DNA of 64,000 bases from an uncultured Methanomicrobiales archaeon (GTDB lineage: Archaea > Halobacteriota > Methanomicrobia > Methanomicrobiales > Methanospirillaceae). The stretch spans positions 128,001 through 192,000 of the forward strand of contig CAVWXH010000009.1 in the NCBI GenBank assembly GCA_963758915.1, written 5' to 3'. The first letter of the stretch is position 1. Every line of letters begins with the position of its first letter. The notes under the pieces were generated by a model. The model saw only the letters and a program-made list of their open reading frames with translations. It searched no databases and was not told the origin of the DNA. The position numbers and the translations under genes were made by a program. Positions 20,525-31,407 of this stretch are shown here, piece by piece.

Positions 20525-21355
20525 TCAGCTGTCATCATCGGTGGCACTGCAACTTTCAGAAACGCAGTTTATTGTAGATAAACCTGCCTGATGGTGCCTT
20601 TTGTTATTGTTTACTCCCAAAGGGCCCGTTGTAACGGGTGGCCCCCCGGCGTCCGGCTTCTGGTATACCCGCTGGGTATAGGAGTATTTTCTGGAGATGC
20701 CTCCCACCAGGACGATCCAGTACCATTCATAGAGTGTTTTCCAGAATCCGAACTGTTCATATCTCCGGAAATCGAACCCGACTTTTAGGTTGAGATTAAA
20801 TACTACCCTCCCCTCTTTCCGCACCCGTACCGCAACTTCAAGGTCATCCCCGGCATCCATGATCCGGTACATGCCAGCCCTTTTAAGGGCTTCATATCTG
20901 AAAACCGTGTTACAGCCGAGCGTATAATAGTACAACCGGGTAGCAGCTCCAAACCGCATAAGTGTGTTGAACAGCAGGACGTAGCGCCGGTTTACAGGAT
21001 TGGCTTCGATTGGTGTAACCGGACCAAATGCAAGGACCACACGCGGATCCTTAAACGAAAGAAGAATCTGCTCAACCCAGTCATGGGCAACAATGCAGTC
21101 GGCATCGGTAGTGGCAACAATATCATGCATTGCCCTGGCAAATCCGTCGTTCCGTGCGCCGGGAACCCGCTCTGATTCCTGGATAAAAACGATATCTGCG
21201 TATTCTGCCGCGATTTCCCGTGTGTTGTCTTTTGAATTCCCGTCAACTACAATCAGTTCGTAGGAGCCCCGCGGGACGGTCTGATGAGCCAGTGCATCGA
21301 GACACCGTCGTATCGTTGCACCTTCATTGTACGCCGGGATGATTATTGATATCAT
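20525..21355 (-). CDS. Glycosyltransferase family 2
   Basis: ISIIIPAYNE, VVDGNSKD, ARNDG, TDAD (DxD). Confidence 0.92.
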   Translation of the reverse strand: MISIIIPAYNEGATIRRCLDALAHQTVPRGSYELIVVDGNSKDNTREIAAEYADIVFIQESERVPGARNDGFARAMHDIVATTDADCIVAHDWVEQILLSFKDPRVVLAFGPVTPIEANPVNRRYVLLFNTLMRFGAATRLYYYTLGCNTVFRYEALKRAGMYRIMDAGDDLEVAVRVRKEGRVVFNLNLKVGFDFRRYEQFGFWKTLYEWYWIVLVGGISRKYSYTQRVYQKPDAGGPPVTTGPLGVNNNKRHHQAGLSTINCVSESCSATDDDS

Positions 21356-21714
21356 GATATGCAGGCAGAATTCCGGGAAGAACCCGGGCAATTAATTATT
21401 TATCTTAAAATTAAATGAAACTCAATAGTTAAGAGATTTTCTAAATAATAACGCAACAGTCCTTTCTTTTCTATTACTGTACCAGGTTACAGAGCATCAG
21501 GGTTAGCCCGGTCACCAGGTACGCAATTGTTAGTCCGGAACGTCCGTTCAGGCAATACCCGGCTGAAGAATCCATGGTATCCTGTGAATAGCGGTGCCCA
21601 CACCACGATTCCCGTTGCGTCACGCCGTGGCTTGCTGCCAGGGGTACCCTGGATGCAAAGAACCACATTCTTATTCAACTCTTCGCCCTATCTCTTCATA
21701 CAGAACAGACTGCT

Positions 21715-22776
21715 ATGCCACGACAACAGCACAAACTTTCGAAACGTGCAGGACAACCCCCGGGGTCACTCCGTGTCAACGGTGAACGAGGCGATCTCCC
21801 GGTCCTTATCACCGTCATCGACTATGACGCAACCCACTTCCAGGAGAAACAGGTGGGCCAGATCACCGAATGTTTCCCGTTCAGAGACACTGAAACGGTG
21901 ACATGGATAAATGTCGATGGCCTGGGAAACGCGGGCGTAATCGAGGATCTCGGGAAATGCTTCACCATACACCCCCTCATCCTGGAAGATATATTAAATA
22001 CCGAGCAGCGCCCGAAAATGGAGGACCTGGAGACATATATCTACCTGAACTTAAAGATGCTCTCGTACATCGATCCGGAAATGGATGTCAAGGTCGAGCA
22101 CATCAGTATGATCTTCGGCTCGAACTTCCTGATCTCATTCCAGGAAGACATAGGGGATATATTTGACCCCGTGCGTGAACGAATCCGGAAAGATGGCCGT
22201 ATCCGGAAATTTGGCCCGGATTACCTTGCTTACGCGCTCATCGACGGTATCGTTGACAATTATTTCGTAGTAATGGAAAAGCTCGAGGAGAGGGTGGAGG
22301 ACCTCGAGGAGGAACTGGTGATCAACCCGACCCAGGAATCCCTCCATAAAATCAACCGGCTGAAAAAAGACATGATATTCCTCCGGAAGTCAGTCTGGCC
22401 GCTCCGGGAGGTTATCAATAACCTCGAACGATCAGAATCCACGCTCATTAAAGAGTCAACCACAATCTACCTCCGTGATGTCTATGACCACACGATCCAG
22501 GTGATCGATACCCTTGAGACATTCCGGGACATGGTATCCGGGATGATCGATATCTACCTTTCAGGCCTGAGCTATAAAATGAACGAGATTATGAAGGTGC
22601 TCACGCTTATCGCGACTATTTTCATCCCCCTCACGTTTGTAGTCGGGTTGTATGGCATGAACTTCCGGAATATGCCTGAAATCGATTGGGAATATGGCTA
22701 TTATTCAGTGCTGGTCGTGATGGTCATCATGGTGGTAGGGATGCTTACCTACTTCCGGAGGAAGAAGTGGATCTGA
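21715..22776 (+). CDS. corA: Magnesium/cobalt transporter CorA
   Basis: YGMNF signature, MPE loop, two C-terminal TM helices, EQRPK. Confidence 0.97.
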   Translation: MPRQQHKLSKRAGQPPGSLRVNGERGDLPVLITVIDYDATHFQEKQVGQITECFPFRDTETVTWINVDGLGNAGVIEDLGKCFTIHPLILEDILNTEQRPKMEDLETYIYLNLKMLSYIDPEMDVKVEHISMIFGSNFLISFQEDIGDIFDPVRERIRKDGRIRKFGPDYLAYALIDGIVDNYFVVMEKLEERVEDLEEELVINPTQESLHKINRLKKDMIFLRKSVWPLREVINNLERSESTLIKESTTIYLRDVYDHTIQVIDTLETFRDMVSGMIDIYLSGLSYKMNEIMKVLTLIATIFIPLTFVVGLYGMNFRNMPEIDWEYGYYSVLVVMVIMVVGMLTYFRRKKWI

Positions 22777-23029
22777 TAACCCTTCATGCGAGGACACCCC
22801 GGCAGGGTGTGGTTTTACAAAAACCCGGGTGATCCGGCAGTTTACAGGTCCTGGTTATTTCTTCATTCAGGGGATTTTACCCACCGCACTCCTTCAAGGG
22901 TCAGACAGGTGCAAATAGGTCTGTTTTGCCATGAGTGGCAGAAGTTCGTGCTGTCCCGGTTGCCAGCAGATTTTGCTTGTTTAACCGGTTAAAAACAGAA
23001 GAAGCGGCTAAATTACCATCTTTAAAGAG

Positions 23030-23101
23030 TGCGCGGACCGGGACTCGAACCCGGGTTTAGGCGTTGGCAACGCCTAGTGATAACCACTACACTATCCGCG
23101 C
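23030..23101 (-). tRNA. tRNA-Gly(GCC), no intron, CCA not encoded
   Basis: Reverse complement GCGCGGATAGTGTAGTGGTTATCACTAGGCGTTGCCAACGCCTAAACCCGGGTTCGAGTCCCGGTCCGCGCA folds to a cloverleaf with anticodon GCC and T-loop GTTCGAG. Confidence 0.97.
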
Positions 23102-23424
23102 ATTCGGGCTGATTTGTGCTCTACTAGATGCGTATGCAAATATTATAAGGGTATCGAATTATGGCACCCGGACTTCCCGCTTAAAGACCGGTAAGCCCGG
23201 TCTGCTGATGCGACCCCCATTATGCATAATCCATACTGTCCGGCCTGATTTCTTTTTCAACTCGTTTTTTTTAAAGATACGAACCACCAGGAGGCATCCA
23301 GGGTAGTCCCTGCAGAAAGATGAACACGTGTAATGAGATGCCATGGGTCCTGAAAAAGGTTGAATCAGTCGGCCTGTGGAACCGCAATTCAACATCTTAA
23401 AGTAACGAAATAACCCACATACTA

Positions 23425-24051
23425 ATGATGATCCCCCTCATGATCGATTTTTCAGGAAAGCGGGTGGTGATATTCGGTGGAGGGGAGGTCGGTGCACGGA
23501 AAGCAGCATATTTCTGTGAAGAGACCGAAGTGACCGTGGTCAGCCGTTCTTTTTCACCGGCATTCAACGAGTTAACAGTCAGGAAGGTGGAAATGAACCT
23601 CGCAGGAGTCGGGGATTATGAGCTGGACTGCCTGATTAAGACAGCCTTTCTCGTAATCGCCGCAACGCAGGACACAAACCTGAATGACCGGATCGGGCGG
23701 TACTGCGAGATCCGGGCTGTCCTGTTCAATAATGCTGACGGGAAAGCCGGAGATGTGACCCTCCCATCGAAACTGAAAGGGAAGCATTACACCATCTCAA
23801 TCAGCACCAGCGGTGAGAGCCCGGGTGTATCAAGGTTTCTCCGTGAACATATCGGACAATCATACCCCAACCTTGACGGGATGATCGAAGTCCAGAACCA
23901 GCTCCGCACAACATTGAAACAAAAAATACCAGACCAGGAAAGGAGGAGCCGTATCCTGCACGAGGTACTTGACGATGAGAGTGTCTGGAAAGCGCTTGAA
24001 GGCGGGACCAGACCTGCATGGGAGATTATTGAGCGGAGGTACCTCTGTTGA
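23425..24051 (+). CDS. sirC: Precorrin-2 dehydrogenase / sirohydrochlorin ferrochelatase (SirC / CysG-N type)
   Basis: VVIFGGGEVGARKA Rossmann motif, ISISTSGESP. Confidence 0.88.
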   Translation: MMIPLMIDFSGKRVVIFGGGEVGARKAAYFCEETEVTVVSRSFSPAFNELTVRKVEMNLAGVGDYELDCLIKTAFLVIAATQDTNLNDRIGRYCEIRAVLFNNADGKAGDVTLPSKLKGKHYTISISTSGESPGVSRFLREHIGQSYPNLDGMIEVQNQLRTTLKQKIPDQERRSRILHEVLDDESVWKALEGGTRPAWEIIERRYLC

Positions 24052-24068
24052 CTTCCAGGCATGGGGAC

Positions 24069-25340
24069 ATGGAGCTCTGTTTTACTCCGTTTGCGATAGC
24101 CGGGATCAATCATCATACGGCCGATGTCGCCGCTATCGAAGCCTTCAGGTTTTCCGACGAACCAGCCTTCCTTGCGGATGCGAAGGAACATTTCAAGGGG
24201 GTCATGCTCCTCCAGACATGCAACAGGGTGGAAATAGTTGTACACGGGGATGCGGAGGCACTACGGACATTCCTGCATCAAAAAGGCCGTAGCGAATTCA
24301 CCATGTCTGAAGGAAAAGACGCACTCGGGCACCTCCTTATGGTGGCATGCGGCATTGACTCCATGATTGTCGGTGAAGACCAGATAATCGGCCAGCTGAA
24401 GAAAGCACTCGCAGATGCACAGGAAGCGGGTACCTGTAGCAGTGTACTGGAGCTCTGTATCAACAAGGCTGTTCACGTGGGGGTCGAGTGCCGGAGACGG
24501 ACCCAGATTAACCGTGGGGCGGTCTCCGTCGGCTCCGCGGCGGTACTGCTCGCCGAGGAGCAGCTCGGGAGCCTGAAGGGAAAACACATCCTTGTCATTG
24601 GAAGCGGTGAAATGGGGCTTCTTGTCGCCCAGGCCCTTGCCGCCAAGGACCTCACCGCCATCTACGTCGCCAACCGCACGTACGAACGGGCAGTGATTCT
24701 TGCGAAGAAGATCGGTGGACGGGCGGTGAAATTTGACGAGATGAACCGCTACCTCACCCTTTCGGACGTCGTTATCTCCTGCACCTCGGCGCCACACCCG
24801 GTTATTAAGAAAAGCGACCTGTACGAGGTGATGAAAGGGCGTTGCTGGCCACTTGACGGACACCCGAGGCCCCTGATCCTGGTCGATATCGCGCAGCCCA
24901 GAGACGTGGAGGAAGCAGCAGGCACCCTCGACGGGGTCCACCTTTTTACCATCGATAACCTCCGGCATGTGAATGAATGTACCATGAATACCCGCCAGGG
25001 AGAGGCAGAAAAGGCAAGGGATTTTCTCATGGAGGAACTCGGGCAGTTCGTGTACCTCCTCAACAGGAAAGCTGCTGACGACACCCTTGCGACCCTCCAT
25101 ACCTGGGCCGAGGCAATAAGGATCCGGGAACGTGACCGGGCACTTGGAAGGTTCCCGGTAAAAGATGAAAAGACGGTGGAAATCGTGGAAGACCTTTCCC
25201 GTGTGCTTGTTACAAAAATTTTAAACGATGCAACATTTTCCATCAGGGCATGCGCCGAATCAGGTGACCTCGGAGCAGCCGAGGCACTTGTTGCAGCAAT
25301 TATCAGAGGTGAACGGTTATGTACCCGCAACGAAGATTGA
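24069..25340 (+). CDS. hemA: Glutamyl-tRNA reductase
   Basis: LQTCNRVE, SMIVGEDQI, GSGEMG, ANRT, DIAQPRDVE. Confidence 0.97.
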   Translation: MELCFTPFAIAGINHHTADVAAIEAFRFSDEPAFLADAKEHFKGVMLLQTCNRVEIVVHGDAEALRTFLHQKGRSEFTMSEGKDALGHLLMVACGIDSMIVGEDQIIGQLKKALADAQEAGTCSSVLELCINKAVHVGVECRRRTQINRGAVSVGSAAVLLAEEQLGSLKGKHILVIGSGEMGLLVAQALAAKDLTAIYVANRTYERAVILAKKIGGRAVKFDEMNRYLTLSDVVISCTSAPHPVIKKSDLYEVMKGRCWPLDGHPRPLILVDIAQPRDVEEAAGTLDGVHLFTIDNLRHVNECTMNTRQGEAEKARDFLMEELGQFVYLLNRKAADDTLATLHTWAEAIRIRERDRALGRFPVKDEKTVEIVEDLSRVLVTKILNDATFSIRACAESGDLGAAEALVAAIIRGERLCTRNED

Positions 25341-26314
25341 GGAGACTCCGGAAGCAAACGCTCCAGCCGCTTTTCAGGGAGACAATACTTCATACGACAG
25401 ACCTTGTAGCACCATTATTTATAGACGAGACCGCAATCGGGAAAATTCCGATCGGGTCAATGCCCGGGCAGTACCGTTACCCGCCCGGTGAGATTGCACT
25501 TCACGTCCAGGCCCTCTACAATGCAGGGATCAGGGCAGTCCTCCTTTTCGGTATCCCGGCAAAAAAAGACGAGGAGGCAAGCGAGTCCTATGCGGGGTCC
25601 GGGGTTATCCAGAGCGCGGTCCGTTCCATAAAAGGGCTGGTACCTGGCATGACCGTAATCACGGATGTCTGCGCATGTGAATACACATCTCACGGGCATT
25701 GCGGGATCTTCCACCATGGAAGGTGTGGACCAGATCTCGATAATGATGCATCTCTTCTCCTGATGGACCGTATAGCGGTAAGTCATGCAGAAGCAGGTGC
25801 AGATATTGTTGCACCTTCCTGCATGCTCGATGGCATGGTTCACTCGATCCGGACGGCACTCGACAAGTCTGGTTACCAGGATATCGCAGTGATGTCGTAC
25901 TCCACCAAGTTTGCAAGTGCCTTGTACGGACCGTTCCGTGAGGCGGCAGATTCTGGTTTCTCCTCCGGGGACCGGAGCACCTACCAGATGGATCCGGCAA
26001 ATGCCCGGGAAGCGTTTCTCGAATCTCAACTTGATGCAAAAGAAGGCGCTGACATCCTGATGGTAAAACCGGCCGGTAACTACCTCGATGTGCTTTCTGC
26101 GATCTGCACTATCGGGCTCCCGGTCGCGGCCTACCAGGTAAGCGGGGAATACTCCCAGATCAAGGCAGCATCAGAACGTGGCTGGATCAACGAAAAAGCA
26201 GTCGCTCTCGAAGCCCTGACCTGCATAAAACGGGCAGGTGCAGACCTGATCATCACCTATTTTGCCCTGGATGCAGCCCGGTGGCTCTCCGAAAAGCCCG
26301 ATGGACACCCCTGA
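25319..26314 (+). CDS. hemB: Porphobilinogen synthase (Zn-type)
   Basis: DVCACEYTSHGHCG, YGPFREAA, MVKPA, AYQVSGEY. Confidence 0.97.
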   Translation: MYPQRRLRRLRKQTLQPLFRETILHTTDLVAPLFIDETAIGKIPIGSMPGQYRYPPGEIALHVQALYNAGIRAVLLFGIPAKKDEEASESYAGSGVIQSAVRSIKGLVPGMTVITDVCACEYTSHGHCGIFHHGRCGPDLDNDASLLLMDRIAVSHAEAGADIVAPSCMLDGMVHSIRTALDKSGYQDIAVMSYSTKFASALYGPFREAADSGFSSGDRSTYQMDPANAREAFLESQLDAKEGADILMVKPAGNYLDVLSAICTIGLPVAAYQVSGEYSQIKAASERGWINEKAVALEALTCIKRAGADLIITYFALDAARWLSEKPDGHP

Positions 26315-26387
26315 AAAAGGAAGAACGATATGCATACCTGGTTCATGAGAATTCCCGAATTCAAAAAGCGATACAACGGGTGACAAT

Positions 26388-27642
26388 ATGAAAAGCAATG
26401 AAATTTTTGAGACTGCAAAGACCCTTATGCCGGGTGGCGTAAGCAGCCCGGTCAGGGCAATCAAACCCTACCCGTTCTACACGGAATCTGCCCACGGGGC
26501 ACATCTGAAAACTGTTGATGGCAACGAGCTTATAGACTGCTGCATGGCCTACGGCCCGTTAATCCTCGGCCATTGCCACCCGGATATCAGGGCAGCAATC
26601 GGGCGGCAAATCGAAAAGGGATGGCTGTACGGCACACCAAGTCCCCTTGAACCGGAAATGGCCAGGAGGGTCACGGGGACCCACCCCGGTATGGACATGG
26701 TCAGGTTTGTTTCCAGCGGATCAGAAGCTGACGATGGCGGCAATACGCCTGGCCAGGGGGTTCAGCGGAAAGGAGGATATCGTTAAAATCGAGGGGGGGT
26801 TCCACGGTGCACATGACGGTGTTCTCGTCAAAGCCGGTTCAGGAGCTACCACGCACGGTGTCCCCGACTCTGCAGGAGTCCTCCCCGACATCGTCTCCCA
26901 CACCCGCCAGGTGCCGTATAATGATCCTGATGCACTCGAAGAGATCCTTTCCCGGGATGATAACGTAGCGGCGTTCATCCTCGAACCGGTCCTTGGGAAC
27001 ATCGGCCCTGTCCTGCCCGAATTCAATTATCTCAGAGAGGTCCGTGAGATTACAAAAGCCCACGACGTCCTCCTTATTTTCGATGAAGTGATCACCGGTT
27101 ACCGGATCTGCATGGGTGGTGCACAGGCCTACTTCGGCGTCCGCCCTGACCTCATGACACTCGGAAAGATCGTGGGAGGGGGCCTGCCAATCGGGATGTT
27201 TGCAGGACGACGGGAGATCATGGAGCTGGTCTCACCGTCCGGCCCGGTATACCAGGCTGGCACGTTCTCAGGAAACCCACTCTCCCTTTCAGCGGGTATT
27301 GCAACAATTGACTGGCTCGATACCCACCCGGAGGTATACTCCATGATGAGACTTGGAACAGAGGCGATACGGGACTCCATTCCGGAAGATGCCGGTGGTT
27401 CCTTTGTGATGCTCGGGTCCATGTTCAAGTATTTCTTCAGGGATGAGGCGCCGGCCAATTACAGCCAGGTGAAAGAATGCAATACGGAGGCATTTGGCAG
27501 GTTCTGGAAAGAGATGTACCGTGCAGGTGTTTTCCTGCCACCTTCCCAGTTTGAGACCAATTTTCTCTCCGCGGCGCACACGGAAGAGGATGTTGAACTG
27601 ATATCTGATGCCTACCGGCAATCACTGGGACCATCCCAATGA
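26388..27642 (+). CDS. hemL: Glutamate-1-semialdehyde 2,1-aminomutase, split by a one-base insertion at ~26729-26730
   Basis: PGGVSSPVR in the first frame; [30 protein letters not shown] in the second; removing one base restores [14 protein letters not shown] and a 417-aa ORF. Confidence 0.9.
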
Positions 27643-28550
27643 CGTTGAAACTCGGAACACGGGGCAGCAGGCTGGCACTTGTCCAGGCTGATCGGGTCTG
27701 TACCATGCTGAGAGCAGAGGGGGTTGATTGTGAAAGAACGATCATCGCTACGGAAGGGGACACAAATACCGGTGTACCGCTCCATGAAATCGGTGGCCAG
27801 GGGCTCTTTGTACGGGCCCTTGATGATGCGATCCTCCGTGGTGAAATTGATGCAGCCGTGCACTCCATGAAAGATATCCCGGCAATCCGTCCCCCGGGGG
27901 TACTGACAAGTGCCGTGCTCCCAAGGGACTCCCCTGCCGACTTCCTTGCGCATGAAAAAAGTATTGACCTGGTAAAAGTCGTCGGAACATCGAGCACGAG
28001 GAGAAAGGCACAATTACTGCGGCATGACCCCTCGGTCATCGTTGCAGCCCTGAGGGGAAATGTCGATACACGGATAAGAAAACTTACCGCCGGCGAATAT
28101 GATGCAATCGTGCTGGCAGAGGCGGGGCTTGAAAGGCTTTCAATAAAACTCCCGGGTGTACGTCTTCCCCCGGAGAAGTTTGTCCCGTCACCAAACCAGG
28201 GTACCATTGCAGTCGTCAGTCGCGTTGACCCCTCGCTGTCGGAAACGATGAGCCTGCTCGATGACCCCGTCACCCGTTCTGATGTCGCAATCGAACGGAT
28301 AGTAATGGAAGAGGTAGGAGGGGGTTGCTTCACTCCTCTTGGTATCTATTGCCGGAACGGTCACCTGATCGCATCTGTCCTTTCGCTTGACGGCACCCGG
28401 GAGGTCAGGGTCGAACATGATATCGCGACCGTAACAGAAGCCCGGGACCGCGGCCGTGAGCTCCATAACGAGGCCCGGGAACTGATTAAAGAGGCCTATA
28501 CATTACTCGGAATCAGAACGCGGGACGACGGGACAGGAGGGTGCAAATGA
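27639..28550 (+). CDS. hemC: Hydroxymethylbilane synthase
   Basis: [38 protein letters not shown]. Confidence 0.97.
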   Translation: MTLKLGTRGSRLALVQADRVCTMLRAEGVDCERTIIATEGDTNTGVPLHEIGGQGLFVRALDDAILRGEIDAAVHSMKDIPAIRPPGVLTSAVLPRDSPADFLAHEKSIDLVKVVGTSSTRRKAQLLRHDPSVIVAALRGNVDTRIRKLTAGEYDAIVLAEAGLERLSIKLPGVRLPPEKFVPSPNQGTIAVVSRVDPSLSETMSLLDDPVTRSDVAIERIVMEEVGGGCFTPLGIYCRNGHLIASVLSLDGTREVRVEHDIATVTEARDRGRELHNEARELIKEAYTLLGIRTRDDGTGGCK

Positions 28551-28651
28551 AGAAAGACCAGGAATTCACCCCCGTTATCACAGATATGCACGGGAATGGC
28601 ATCGTTATCAGCAGACACAATTATCAGGAAGCATTCGGGGATTACACATGA
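28547..28651 (+). CDS. Candidate 34-aa small ORF between hemC and cobA
   Basis: [34 protein letters not shown]; AGGAGG 6 nt upstream; ATGA overlaps with both the hemC stop and the cobA start. Confidence 0.4.
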   Translation: MKKDQEFTPVITDMHGNGIVISRHNYQEAFGDYT

Positions 28652-29403
28652 CAGGAATAGTATATCTGGTGGGGTCAGGTCCCGGTGGCACCGGCCTCCT
28701 GACATTACGGGCACAGGAAGTGATCGATTCGGCAGAGGTCATCCTGTATGACCAGCTCCCGGGTGAGGAGATCCTGAATTCGCTCCCGACTACCGCAGAA
28801 AAGATCGACTGTGGCAAATATGGAAGCGATCACACCCTCGAACAGGACGAGATCGAGGCACTTCTGGTCGACAGGGCACAGGCAGGTAAGCGGGTAGTCA
28901 GGCTGAAGGGGGGAGACCCGTTTGTATTCGGGCGGGGCGGGGAAGAACTGGAGGTCCTCGTTGCTCACGGGATTCCCGTTGAAGTAGTGCCGGGTGTAAC
29001 GAGCGCAGTAGCCGTTCCTGCTGCAGTAGGTATCCCGCTCACTCACCGGAAGTATGCCTCCCAGGTGACCATCCTCACCGGCCACGAGGACCCGAAAAAA
29101 GCCGGTACTGCACTGGACTGGGAACTCCTTGCAAAAGGGAGGGGGACGATCGTGGTCCTGATGGGAGTGAAAAATCTCCCCAATATCGCAGAGTCACTGC
29201 TCACTCACGGAAAAAGTCCTGATACACCGGTCGCAATCATCGAGCGGGGTCTCCGAAAAGACCAGCGTGTCACCGTAGCCCCGTTAAAGGATATCAGTAG
29301 CAGGGCACACGCAATTGGCGTCACTCCCCCGGCGATTATCGTGATCGGGGACGTGGTGCGGCTCTACCATAAAGACCGGCAGTCATTCGTAGCCAGGGAA
29401 TGA
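28648..29403 (+). CDS. cobA: Uroporphyrinogen-III C-methyltransferase
   Basis: VYLVGSGPG, RLKGGDPFVFGRGGEE, VPGVTS, LTHR. Confidence 0.95.
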   Translation: MTGIVYLVGSGPGGTGLLTLRAQEVIDSAEVILYDQLPGEEILNSLPTTAEKIDCGKYGSDHTLEQDEIEALLVDRAQAGKRVVRLKGGDPFVFGRGGEELEVLVAHGIPVEVVPGVTSAVAVPAAVGIPLTHRKYASQVTILTGHEDPKKAGTALDWELLAKGRGTIVVLMGVKNLPNIAESLLTHGKSPDTPVAIIERGLRKDQRVTVAPLKDISSRAHAIGVTPPAIIVIGDVVRLYHKDRQSFVARE

Positions 29404-29551
29404 CAGTTCAGAAAGATCGGGTCATAGGGGTCCTGCGGAAAAGAAAGGCAGGTTAGCCCGGTAATCCCACCCTTCTTCGACGTCCGTAACCCGATTCCAA
29501 AGGTAAAACAAGCATTAATACCCTTACGCAACCTTATTTTAATGCAATACC

Positions 29552-30085
29552 ATGGAACTTTCCGGCGGACCGACAAAAGACGAGGTGATGGCGATTTCGC
29601 TGTTCAAACTCGGGCTTCTTGAGGGAGATATTTTTGCCGATATCGGTTGTGGGACAGGTAAGATTTCTCTTGCAGTCTCACACCGGGCCTCGAAAATCTA
29701 TGCTATAGACAGGCGGAAAGAGGCTATAGAGCTTGCCCGGGAAAAGGCAGAACGGAAAGGAAAAGAGAACATCCTGTTCTTCCACGGGGAAGCTGTTGAT
29801 TTTTTGCCATCCATTGACCAGCTGGACTGTGCTTTTATCGGGGGTTCGGGTAACCTCGAGAGGGTGCTCCGGATCCTTCACACACTTGGCACGCGCTCAA
29901 TTGTCGTAAACGCGGTGAAAGTCGAGACATTGCACCTTGCGATCACAACGATGGAGCAACTTGGAATTTTTAAGGAGGCGGTCCATGTACAGGTCTCCCG
30001 CTCTTCTCCACTTGCCGGTGGTACCATGTTTAAACCAATTGATCCGGTCTATATCATTGTCGGAGGGTCACAGGAATGCTTGTAG
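29552..30085 (+). CDS. cbiT: Cobalt-precorrin-6B C15-methyltransferase
   Basis: GGPTKDEV, DIGCGTGKIS, FIGGS; first gene of the cbi run. Confidence 0.92.
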   Translation: MELSGGPTKDEVMAISLFKLGLLEGDIFADIGCGTGKISLAVSHRASKIYAIDRRKEAIELAREKAERKGKENILFFHGEAVDFLPSIDQLDCAFIGGSGNLERVLRILHTLGTRSIVVNAVKVETLHLAITTMEQLGIFKEAVHVQVSRSSPLAGGTMFKPIDPVYIIVGGSQECL

Positions 30086-30681
30086 GCCTTGGTCTCGGAC
30101 CCGGTGATCCCGAACTCCTTACGCTGAAAGCAGTACGACTCCTCAGGGATGCAGATGAAGTGTATGTCCCGGGATCAATTGCAAAAGAACTGGTGGCCCC
30201 GTACCGGAATGCCACCGTTCTTGAATTTCCGATGACAGAGGATGAGGATGAGATTGGCAGGTGCATGGAACGGAATGCGGATGTTATCGCACCTGTTGCA
30301 GTGGATGGCCTCGCAGTGCTTGGTATCCTTGGCGACCCGAATTTTTTCTCCACTTATTCACGGCTCTGCCGGACCATGCAGGAACGACACCCGGGAGTGG
30401 TATGCACGAGTGAACCTGGTGTAAGTGCGATCACCGCTTTTGCCTCGGTATCGGGGGTATCACTCTCGGGAGGTTTTCTTGTAACCGACGGAGGTGAGCA
30501 GGGCTGCCGTATCCTCCTGAAAGTGAAACGCCCAAGGGAAGTAATAGAAACACTGAAGGACGAAGGATACCGTGAATTTGTCCTTGTCGAGCGGATGTTC
30601 CTCCCTGATATGCGGGTCTGCCGTGGGGATGAAATCCCGGAAAAGAGCGACTATTTAAGCATCCTGTATGCAGGGCGGTGA
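30076..30681 (+). CDS. cbiL: Cobalt-factor II C20-methyltransferase
   Basis: GLGPGDPELLTLKA, FPM, LGDPNFFSTY, PGVSA. Confidence 0.92.
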   Translation: MLVGLGLGPGDPELLTLKAVRLLRDADEVYVPGSIAKELVAPYRNATVLEFPMTEDEDEIGRCMERNADVIAPVAVDGLAVLGILGDPNFFSTYSRLCRTMQERHPGVVCTSEPGVSAITAFASVSGVSLSGGFLVTDGGEQGCRILLKVKRPREVIETLKDEGYREFVLVERMFLPDMRVCRGDEIPEKSDYLSILYAGR

Positions 30682-30684
30682 GGT

Positions 30685-31407
30685 ATGAACGTACCGGAAG
30701 TGTACTTTGTTGGTGCGGGGCCCGGGGACCCGGAACTGATCACGGTAAAAGGGCAGAACCTCCTTCTCAGCGCTGATGTCCTGATTTACGCAGGCTCGCT
30801 TGTGAACCCGGCCCTCGTTTCAGAGTCCCCGGCACCGGTAAAACTTGACAGCTGGGGGATGTCGCTCGAACAGCTAATCCCTGCAATGGTCATTCCTGCC
30901 AGGGAAGGTAAGCTTGTCGTCAGGCTGCATTCAGGTGATCCATCCCTCTACGGGGCAATTGTCGAGCAGATGGAGCTCCTTAATAACGAAGGGGTCACTA
31001 CGCACGTAATCCCCGGAGTCTCTTCGATGTTCGGCGGTGCTGCCGCATTACAGGCCCAGCTGACACTGAAAGGTGTCTCAGAGAGCGTAATAATAACCAG
31101 GCCTGCAGGAAAAACTCTCGAACATGACCAGATACGCGAGCTCTCTTCCCACCTGACCACCATGGTCATCTTCCTCGGTACCGAGCAGCTCGAGGAGGTG
31201 CTCGCCAAGGTCTCACATCCACCCGGGACACCGGCTGCAGTGGTCTACCATGCAACCTGGCCGGACCAGAAGATTGTCAGGGGGACTGTGGCAGATATCG
31301 CAGTAAAGGCCCGGGCAGCCGGGATCCAGCGTTCAGCTCTCCTGTATATCGGAGGAGTGATTGACCCGGGAATGCGGGGTGAAAGGAGGTCTTTCCTTTA
31401 TTCATGA
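30685..31407 (+). CDS. cbiF: Cobalt-precorrin-4 C11-methyltransferase
   Basis: GAGPGDPELITVKG, YAGSLV, RLHSGDPSLYGAIVEQ, ATWPD, C-terminal SFLY. Confidence 0.95.
   Translation: MNVPEVYFVGAGPGDPELITVKGQNLLLSADVLIYAGSLVNPALVSESPAPVKLDSWGMSLEQLIPAMVIPAREGKLVVRLHSGDPSLYGAIVEQMELLNNEGVTTHVIPGVSSMFGGAAALQAQLTLKGVSESVIITRPAGKTLEHDQIRELSSHLTTMVIFLGTEQLEEVLAKVSHPPGTPAAVVYHATWPDQKIVRGTVADIAVKARAAGIQRSALLYIGGVIDPGMRGERRSFLYS

Noticed and set aside
22780-23420. Integrated element at tRNA-Gly
   Set aside because: No integrase and no duplicated tRNA 3' end noticed; flanks are housekeeping genes (corA, sirC)
26330-26383. 17-aa ORF ([17 protein letters not shown]) between hemB and hemL
   Set aside because: No start/stop overlap and weak SD; expected by chance
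29404-29551. Cobalamin riboswitch upstream of cbiT
   Set aside because: No recognisable B12-box or conserved core; the gap is short and looks like an ordinary promoter
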